Source: a virus
Lineage: Duplodnaviria > Caudoviricetes
Direction: 5' to 3' (one strand)
IMG/VR virus record: IMGVR_UViG_3300020151_002136
Coordinates: 1 to 33,855 of that record
Length of the DNA: 33,855 nucleotides
This document shows, in pieces, positions 1 to 5,152 of this stretch (the stretch's first letter is position 1; every line of letters starts with the position of its first letter). Below the pieces are notes generated by a model, which saw nothing but the letters and a program-made list of their open reading frames with translations, was not told the origin of the DNA and did not search any database. A program made the translations under genes and the position numbers.

Positions 1-159
1 GAACACGATCAACCAGCTGTCGGTTATTCATTAATCATGTCTCCATTTAATCAATTCTTTACTTGGCAAACTACAAGCATAACTGAGATTGTAGAACAAA
101 GAGAAGATTATATTAAGTTCCATACTAGAAATAGCACTTATGAATTATTTAAACTATGA
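1..159 (+). CDS. partial hypothetical protein (5' truncated)
   Basis: Open frame 1 from the window edge (EHDQPAVGYSLIMSPFNQFFTWQTT...STYELFKL); its TGA at 157-159 overlaps the next ATG (ATGA). Confidence 0.7.
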   Translation, partial: EHDQPAVGYSLIMSPFNQFFTWQTTSITEIVEQREDYIKFHTRNSTYELFKL

Positions 160-338
160 CACAACAAGAATTTGAACAACATAGACAAACGTGGATTAGG
201 GAGTGGAATGATAAGTGGAGATTGCTTGATATTGACTTTGAAACCTATATGGTAATGAAAGGTATGGCACATGATGAATATAGAGCTATGAATGAAGAGA
301 GTTGGAAAATAAACAATGATTCATCCGATATATTTTAA
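156..338 (+). CDS. hypothetical protein, 60 aa
   Basis: ATGA-coupled to the upstream ORF; no recognisable motif. Confidence 0.7.
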   Translation: MTQQEFEQHRQTWIREWNDKWRLLDIDFETYMVMKGMAHDEYRAMNEESWKINNDSSDIF

Positions 339-340
339 TA

Positions 341-349
341 ATATTTATA
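341..349 (+). promoter_or_regulatory. putative late promoter ATATTTATA
   Basis: Motif recurs just upstream of 11 start codons in the window. Confidence 0.55.
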
Positions 350-355
350 ATTAAT

Positions 356-586
356 ATGATACAAATAAAAGATAAATTTATTTTAGAAGCCGAGTCTACA
401 TCTTTATGGGCTCAATATAATGGTAAAACAATTGAAGTATTACAATACCCAATACAAGGGGATATGAATCGTGTTTTGGTTTGTTTAGAAGAAGGTAGTC
501 ATCCTATGGTTGCGGAGGTTGACTGGCTTAAGTCTATACAAACCATCATATCACCAACAGGTGCTATGCCTACTAATTTAGAATAA
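356..586 (+). CDS. hypothetical protein, possible head-packaged protein
   Basis: Follows ATATTTATA; N-terminus MIQIKDKFILE ends in an I-x-E motif. Confidence 0.7.
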   Translation: MIQIKDKFILEAESTSLWAQYNGKTIEVLQYPIQGDMNRVLVCLEEGSHPMVAEVDWLKSIQTIISPTGAMPTNLE

Positions 587-613
587 TTCTAAATGAAGAA
601 ATCTTAAGAAAGA

Positions 614-645
614 TTTGGCTCCCCGAGATCCTGTTCGTATATTTA
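614..645 (+). promoter_or_regulatory. Bacteroidota-type (host primary sigma) early promoter
   Basis: TTTG(614-617)-N20-TATATTTA(638-645); resembles the -33 TTTG / -7 TAnnTTTG consensus. Confidence 0.7.
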
Positions 646-675
646 CGGGGTAGAAAGAAATAAGAAATAAAGGTT

Positions 676-1491
676 ATGCAAAACGTAAATGTAGTAAAAA
701 GAAAAGGTCGTCCAAGCACTAAAAATGTAACTTACACTCCATCGTTAATCGATTTTTCAAAGGTTACTAAGTTGAATGATTTGAATATCGATCCTAAAAT
801 GATGAACACTTTTAAATCAGGTTTGAAAGTGGATCAATTGATTTCACATGAAGGAGGTATTCCAGCCGCAACTAATATTATGATGATTGGTGATCCAGGT
901 GTTGGTAAAACAACTGTATTGTTGGATGTATTATCAGCCGCTCAAAATAAAGGAGCAAAATGTTTGTTTATTTCAGGTGAAATGGGAAAAAAACAAATGT
1001 TTAAATACACACAACGTTTCCCACAATTTGGAAATATCAATACTTTGTTTATGCAAGATTATTTAGAGTTCAACACTAAAGATGTTATTGAACAGGTTTT
1101 GAATGTGGGTTATGATATTGTTTTGATTGATAGCGCTGCTGAAATTATTGATGGTGTTCGTGATGATAACAATTGGGATCGTAAAATGGCTGAAGCGTGG
1201 TTGGTTGATGTTTGTACTAAAAACAATAAAGGTGAAAACAAATCAAATTCTTACACTTCGTTTTTGTTGATTCAACAAGTTACTAAATCAGGTGTGTTTA
1301 GTGGTTCTAATAAATTGAAGCACTTGGTTGATGCAATGGGTGAGATGAGAAGAGAATCAGAACGTGATGGTTCAGGTACTTATATCAATTTCACTAAAAA
1401 CAGAAATGGTTTGGTTGATAACAAAATGTACTATGAATTAAATAATAGTAAAATTGTTTACGGTCAAATTACAGTAAACGAAGAGGCTTAA
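676..1491 (+). CDS. radA: RadA/Sms-like RecA-family ATPase (ATPase core only)
   Basis: Walker A GDPGVGKTT, FISGEM, Walker B IVLIDS, QVTKSG..SGSNKLKHLVDA, and KNRNG resembling the RadA KNRFG motif; no Zn finger or Lon-like domain. Confidence 0.8.
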   Translation: MQNVNVVKRKGRPSTKNVTYTPSLIDFSKVTKLNDLNIDPKMMNTFKSGLKVDQLISHEGGIPAATNIMMIGDPGVGKTTVLLDVLSAAQNKGAKCLFISGEMGKKQMFKYTQRFPQFGNINTLFMQDYLEFNTKDVIEQVLNVGYDIVLIDSAAEIIDGVRDDNNWDRKMAEAWLVDVCTKNNKGENKSNSYTSFLLIQQVTKSGVFSGSNKLKHLVDAMGEMRRESERDGSGTYINFTKNRNGLVDNKMYYELNNSKIVYGQITVNEEA

Positions 1492-1517
1492 CACCCGTTT
1501 GGCCTCTTCAGTTATTT
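1480..1517 (+). terminator. hairpin, probable intrinsic terminator overlapping the next promoter
   Basis: GAAGAGGC(1480-1487)/GCCTCTTC(1502-1509) inverted repeat followed by AGTTATTT. Confidence 0.5.
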
Positions 1518-1529
1518 ATGTTATATTAA
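1498..1529 (+). promoter_or_regulatory. Bacteroidota-type early promoter
   Basis: TTTG(1498-1501)-N20-TATATTAA(1522-1529). Confidence 0.65.
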
Positions 1530-1550
1530 TTGTATAAGGAAATAAAGGTT

Positions 1551-2033
1551 ATGAAAAGTATATTATATTTACACGGATTAGAAAGTTCAAATATTTGTGA
1601 TAAAGTTGATTTTCTTAAAGAAAACGCTAATGTAGTCGCTCCTTCTATTGATTATTCAGATCCAGGTCTTGAAGAAAAATTATTTTATATTGTTGAAAAA
1701 TTTGAACCAGATGTAATTATTGGTTCTTCAATGGGTGGTTATGTTGGTATGATGTTAGCTAACAAATATGACATTGATTGTGTTTTATTTAATCCAGCTA
1801 TTCATTCACGACCTATGGAACCAAATTTAAGATCATTAATTTATGATGGACCAAAACATGGTTTGAATTCAGTTGTTGTTTTAGGTTTAGAAGATGATGT
1901 TATTGATCCTAAAGTAACTGTTAAATTATTAGAAGAATCAGAAATAGATGTTACATATGAAATATACCCGTTTTTAGGTCATAGGGTTCCATTTGATGTT
2001 TTTGTTAATATTTATAACAAATACATAAAATAA
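1551..2033 (+). CDS. YqiA/UPF0227-like alpha/beta-hydrolase (esterase)
   Basis: LYLHG, nucleophile elbow GSSMGG, NPA, DDVI and C-terminal GH; start moved to ATG 1551, which carries the same GAAATAAAGGTTATG leader as the gene at 676. Confidence 0.8.
   Translation: MKSILYLHGLESSNICDKVDFLKENANVVAPSIDYSDPGLEEKLFYIVEKFEPDVIIGSSMGGYVGMMLANKYDIDCVLFNPAIHSRPMEPNLRSLIYDGPKHGLNSVVVLGLEDDVIDPKVTVKLLEESEIDVTYEIYPFLGHRVPFDVFVNIYNKYIK
2008..2016 (+). promoter_or_regulatory. putative late promoter ATATTTATA
   Basis: Recurrent motif, upstream of ATG 2033. Confidence 0.5.
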
Positions 2034-2590
2034 TGTCTTTTAATTTACTTGAATATTTAAAACGTAATCCCTTACTTGAAGAACTACCTAAAGACAAATG
2101 GGTAGATCTTACTTCTGATCAAAAATCAGAGTATGCTAAGGATATATTTGACCTAATCAACACAGCATATGCGCCTATAGGCGGCAATATAAACTATAAA
2201 AGCGCAGCAGATGTATTAGGCGCGGAAGCAGATGCTAATTATGAGGTAGTTAATATAGACGATGATCCTGAACCTGATGCTTTAATATCTTATAAAGAAA
2301 AAGATGCAGGTAAAAAAATAACAGCATTAGGCCATGATGGTGAACCTGTTTCTAAATCTAAATCTTTAAACAAAATGGCATCCTTACTTAAGGAACCAGG
2401 TTATTATTTAGAAGTTTCAGGCAAGTTACAAGACATATTATTAGCTAAAGGTGCTCCTGTAGTAAAAGATAAAGATTTAATTCAAAAGGTACTTAAAGGT
2501 AAAACATTAGAGTTTAATGAGGATGGTACATACCAGAGGTTTATTGGTGGTGAAAAGCATACCAAAACACTTCTTGGAAAACCTCTTTAA
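2033..2590 (+). CDS. hypothetical protein, possible head-packaged protein
   Basis: 185-aa ORF; N-terminus MSFNLLEYLKRNPLLEE. Confidence 0.75.
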   Translation: MSFNLLEYLKRNPLLEELPKDKWVDLTSDQKSEYAKDIFDLINTAYAPIGGNINYKSAADVLGAEADANYEVVNIDDDPEPDALISYKEKDAGKKITALGHDGEPVSKSKSLNKMASLLKEPGYYLEVSGKLQDILLAKGAPVVKDKDLIQKVLKGKTLEFNEDGTYQRFIGGEKHTKTLLGKPL

Positions 2591-2606
2591 CCTCTTTAAC
2601 CTCTTG
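2580..2606 (+). repeat. 3 x 9-bp direct repeat AACCTCTT(T/G)
   Basis: Copies at 2580-2588, 2589-2597 and 2598-2606, abutting the -33 box of the next promoter. Confidence 0.85.
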
Positions 2607-2638
2607 TTTGGCTCACCAGGAACCCAATGTTATATTTA
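2607..2638 (+). promoter_or_regulatory. Bacteroidota-type early promoter
   Basis: TTTG(2607-2610)-N20-TATATTTA(2631-2638). Confidence 0.7.
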
Positions 2639-2671
2639 TGTCATAATAAAAAACGATAAAAAATTAAGGTT

Positions 2672-3481
2672 ATGTTAGAAATTAGAAACACAGAATTCAT
2701 CGACAAAAAAGAGATCAAAAATCGCGCTAAATCAATTTTCACAGAAACTGGTTCGCCAAATGTAAGTGAAAAGTACGCTCACATTTCAACGGAAAAAATC
2801 ATTGACGATATGGCTTTGTTGGGTTGGGGAGTAGTTGATGCTAAAGAAGTTAAAGCTCGTAAAGCAGACAATGTTGGTTTTCAGAAACACCTAGTTGTAT
2901 TCCGTAACAACGAAATTCAAATCACTTCAGAAGATGGTGATAATGTTTCTCCACAAATTCTATTAACAAATTCACATGATGGTAAAAATGCGTTTACTTT
3001 CACAGCTGGTTTGTTTAGAATGGTTTGTGAAAATGGTTTAGTTATTTCAACTAAAGAATTTGAGAACATGAAGATTCGTCACTATGGTTATTCATTTGAG
3101 GAATTGCAAGAGGTGATTAAGTCAATGGTTGAGAAATTGCCTTTGACAGTTGAGTCACTTAATAAGTTCCGTTCAATTGAATTGGGTCAAGATCAAATGC
3201 TTGATTTTGCTAAAAAGGCTCTTGCCACTCGTTTCACAGATGACGAATTGGATAACATTAAGATTGATTTGAAAGATTTGTTGACTCCAACTCGTAAAGA
3301 AGACAATGGTTCTGATTTGTGGAGTGTGTATAATGTGGTTCAAGAAAAATTGGTTCACGGAATGTTTAATTATCAGTATGGTGTTAAGACACGTAAAGCT
3401 CGTAAAATCAAGAACTTTAATAAGGACTTGGAATTGAACGAGAAATTGTATGATTTGGCTCTTGAATACGTTCCCGCATAA
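2672..3481 (+). CDS. DUF932/DUF945-family phage/plasmid protein
   Basis: ILLTNSHDG, AGLFRMVCENGLV, and R..D...DLWSVYNVVQEKL motifs typical of DUF932. Confidence 0.85.
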   Translation: MLEIRNTEFIDKKEIKNRAKSIFTETGSPNVSEKYAHISTEKIIDDMALLGWGVVDAKEVKARKADNVGFQKHLVVFRNNEIQITSEDGDNVSPQILLTNSHDGKNAFTFTAGLFRMVCENGLVISTKEFENMKIRHYGYSFEELQEVIKSMVEKLPLTVESLNKFRSIELGQDQMLDFAKKALATRFTDDELDNIKIDLKDLLTPTRKEDNGSDLWSVYNVVQEKLVHGMFNYQYGVKTRKARKIKNFNKDLELNEKLYDLALEYVPA

Positions 3482-3499
3482 GGGAATGTATTTAAGTTT
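3465..3499 (+). terminator. hairpin at the end of the DUF932 gene
   Basis: AATACGTTCCC-GCATAA-GGGAATGTATT, an 11-bp stem with one G-T pair and a weak T tail. Confidence 0.55.
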
Positions 3500-3528
3500 G
3501 GATTAGTAAAATTTAGTTCTTATATTTA
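3497..3528 (+). promoter_or_regulatory. Bacteroidota-type promoter driving the tRNA cluster
   Basis: TTTG(3497-3500)-N20-TATATTTA(3521-3528). Confidence 0.7.
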
Positions 3529-3544
3529 TTACATAATTAAAATT

Positions 3545-3630
3545 GCTACTGTGGTGGAATAGGTAGACGCGCAGGACTTAAAATCCTGTGAACAGTAATG
3601 TTCGTGCCGGTTCGATCCCGGCCAGTAGTA
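3545..3630 (+). tRNA. trnL: tRNA-Leu(TAA)
   Basis: Acceptor GCTACTG/CAGTAGT, anticodon arm CAGGA-CTTAAAA-TCCTG, long variable arm, GGTTCGATCCC T-arm; no encoded CCA. Confidence 0.95.
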
Positions 3631-3648
3631 CTAAAAATTAAAAATTAT

Positions 3649-3657
3649 ATATTTATA
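3649..3657 (+). promoter_or_regulatory. putative late promoter ATATTTATA
   Basis: Recurrent motif, upstream of ATG 3663. Confidence 0.5.
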
Positions 3658-3662
3658 TCAAA

Positions 3663-3845
3663 ATGAAAAAATTATTGTTTATCGCCGCATTGGTTACTTT
3701 GGCTTCATGCTCAAACGAAACCTCAACTTCATCTAATGATTCAGTTTGTACTGATTCAACTTGTACTGATTCAGTTTCTGTTGATTCATTAGCTAATCGA
3801 GTTCAACTTCGTGCTGATTCAATTCTCACAGAAGTAAAAAAATAA
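3663..3845 (+). CDS. small lipoprotein
   Basis: MKKLLFIAALVTLAS-C signal peptide with lipobox; Ser/Thr/Asp-rich mature part. Confidence 0.8.
   Translation: MKKLLFIAALVTLASCSNETSTSSNDSVCTDSTCTDSVSVDSLANRVQLRADSILTEVKK
3737..3788 (+). repeat. 15-bp coding tandem repeat (about 3.5 copies) encoding DSVCT/DSTCT/DSVSV/DSL
   Basis: TGATTCAGTTTGTAC TGATTCAACTTGTAC TGATTCAGTTTCTGT TGATTCA. Confidence 0.85.
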
Positions 3846-3861
3846 TTGAGAATTTAGTATC

Positions 3862-3873
3862 TGTTCTTTGACA
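3862..3873 (+). promoter_or_regulatory. boxA-like antitermination element
   Basis: TGTTCTTTGACA resembles rrn boxA (TGCTCTTTAACA) and lies 6 nt before the main tRNA run. Confidence 0.55.
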
Positions 3874-3879
3874 TAATAA

Positions 3880-3952
3880 GCCCCCTTAGCTCAGTTGGTA
3901 GAGCTTCTGATTTGTAATCAGATGGTCGCAAGTTCGAGTCTTGCAGGTGGCT
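3880..3952 (+). tRNA. trnT: tRNA-Thr(TGT)
   Basis: TAGCTCAGTTGGTAGAGC D-arm, TCTGA-TTTGTAA-TCAGA anticodon arm, GTTCGAGTC T-loop; one C-T mismatch in the acceptor stem. Confidence 0.92.
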
Positions 3953-3956
3953 CAAA

Positions 3957-4050
3957 GGTGGTAGTTAGACGAAAATGAAATTCCTGCTGTGATGTTAACT
4001 TAATCAGCATATTCAGAAGTAGAAATGAGAGACGCAATCTCTCACCACCA
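3957..4050 (+). ncRNA. tRNA-like structured RNA (non-canonical)
   Basis: GGTGGT/ACCACC closing stem stacked on a GAGAG-ACGCAAT-CTCTC T-arm-like hairpin; internal TGCTG/CAGCA hairpin; ends ...ACCACCA. Confidence 0.5.
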
Positions 4051-4057
4051 AACTTAT

Positions 4058-4128
4058 GGCGGATTAGTGTAATGGTAACACATAAGGCTCATAACCTTAA
4101 ATTGGCAGTTCGAGTCTGTCGTCCGCAA
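4058..4128 (+). tRNA. trnM: tRNA-Met(CAT), initiator-like (1:72 mismatch)
   Basis: GGCGGAT/GTCCGCA acceptor with G1-A72 mismatch, TAAGG-CTCATAA-CCTTA anticodon arm, GTTCGAGTC T-loop. Confidence 0.88.
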
Positions 4129-4133
4129 CAATA

Positions 4134-4228
4134 GCCCGAAGTACAAGGGAACGAAGATAGAGTAAGTCCTCTGCGAAAGTATGAACCTCTCCAAATCGTG
4201 TGTTGGCACAGTTAGCAACTCTGGGGGT
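4134..4228 (+). ncRNA. putative structured spacer RNA
   Basis: GC-rich spacer with short hairpins CCC-GAAGTACAA-GGG, AGAG/CTCT, TGC-GAAA-GTA and CTCCA/TGGGG. Confidence 0.3.
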
Positions 4229-4245
4229 AATCTAAAAGTTGTATT

Positions 4246-4330
4246 GGAAGATTGGCAGAGTGGTCGATCGCGGCAGTCTTGAAAACTGTTGTACTGCAAG
4301 GTACCGTAGGTTCGAACCCTACATCTTCCG
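4246..4330 (+). tRNA. trnS: tRNA-Ser(TGA)
   Basis: GGAAGAT/ATCTTCC acceptor, G73 discriminator, GCAGT-CTTGAAA-ACTGT anticodon arm, long variable arm. Confidence 0.95.
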
Positions 4331-4354
4331 CAAACCTTAAAACCGATTCGGGTC

Positions 4355-4438
4355 CGTGAACAAGGGAGGCCTGTTCTTCTCGTACAAGAAAGAAATCACG
4401 TTAAATCTCCCCACGCTAGGTGGCAGCGGTGACCTAGC
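4355..4438 (+). ncRNA. putative pseudoknotted RNA
   Basis: CGTGA(4355-59)/TCACG(4396-4400) stem, TTAAAT linker, loop GGGAGG(4364-69) complementary to TCTCCC(4406-11), then a GCTAGGT/ACCTAGC hairpin. Confidence 0.45.
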
Positions 4439-4443
4439 ATTAT

Positions 4444-4514
4444 TACCCTTTCGTCTAACGGCAGGACAACTGGTTTTGGTCCAGTTAATGGTAGTTCGAA
4501 TCTATCAGGGGTAA
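4444..4514 (+). tRNA. trnQ: tRNA-Gln(TTG)
   Basis: TACCCTT/AGGGGTA acceptor, ACTGG-TTTTGGT-CCAGT anticodon arm, GTTCGAATC T-loop. Confidence 0.92.
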
Positions 4515-4521
4515 CAAAAAA

Positions 4522-4581
4522 ATCGTCCCTTATGGGGTAAAGATGAAAGGTACAATCATCGTAGGTTAAGCGATATCCTAC
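4522..4581 (+). ncRNA. putative small structured RNA
   Basis: Three hairpins (CCC/GGG, GATGA/TCATC, GTAGG/CCTAC) plus a possible ATCGT(4522-26)/GCGAT(4570-74) pseudoknot. Confidence 0.35.
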
Positions 4582-4585
4582 ATTT

Positions 4586-4659
4586 GGACCCTTAGCTCAG
4601 TTGGTCAGAGCGTCAGACTCATAATCTGGGGGTCGTAGGTTCAAGTCCTTCAGGGTCCA
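4586..4659 (+). tRNA. tRNA with CAT anticodon, probably tRNA-Ile2 (lysidine type)
   Basis: GGACCCT/AGGGTCC acceptor resembles Ile2 tRNAs; TCAGA-CTCATAA-TCTGG anticodon arm; Ile2 versus elongator Met is an inference. Confidence 0.85.
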
Positions 4660-4681
4660 CAATATTTTTCTAAAAGATTTC

Positions 4682-4690
4682 ATATTTATT
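4682..4690 (+). promoter_or_regulatory. putative late promoter variant ATATTTATT heading the envelope module
   Basis: Variant of the recurrent motif, 3 nt before GTG 4694. Confidence 0.4.
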
Positions 4691-4693
4691 ATC

Positions 4694-5152
4694 GTGAAAT
4701 CATTATTGTTGATTCTAATATTATTGCCTAATTTTTTGTTATCTCAAATCAAAATAGATAAAGCAGGTAATGGTTGGGATTTAAAAATTGATTCCGCTAT
4801 ACAATTAATTAAAAAAACAGATATTGAAAAATATCAGTTGCTTGATAGTGTTTGTGATAGAGTAGAGTTCTGGTCTTCCGGGTTTTCTTCTAATGATGGA
4901 AGTTATGGAAAGAAAGGAACAATACTAGTTGCCGTTAAAGATGTACAGTTAAATTCAATTAACAATCTCTCTGTAGTATTAATACACGAGAGTTTACATC
5001 TACATGTTTTACATAAAGGGTACATCCTAATTCCTGAACAAGAGGAAGCGTGGTGTTACAGGTATGAGCTTGACTTTATTGACAAGTTATCTAATCCTGA
5101 GCCTTGGTTGAAACAACATGCAATAAAACAACTAACAAACATACAAAAATGA
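4694..5152 (+). CDS. secreted zincin-like metallopeptidase
   Basis: Sec signal peptide; LIHESLH (HExxH) followed by EEAWCY as likely third ligand. Confidence 0.65.
   Translation: MKSLLLILILLPNFLLSQIKIDKAGNGWDLKIDSAIQLIKKTDIEKYQLLDSVCDRVEFWSSGFSSNDGSYGKKGTILVAVKDVQLNSINNLSVVLIHESLHLHVLHKGYILIPEQEEAWCYRYELDFIDKLSNPEPWLKQHAIKQLTNIQK

Noticed and set aside
4054-4299. 81-aa minus-strand ORF
   Set aside because: Antisense to tRNA-Met and tRNA-Ser; a shadow of GC-rich RNA genes
3957-4440. tmRNA or canonical pistol/hammerhead/twister ribozyme
   Set aside because: No tag reading frame or tmRNA termini; hammerhead CUGAUGA core absent; pistol P2 missing. Kept only as unassigned structured RNAs
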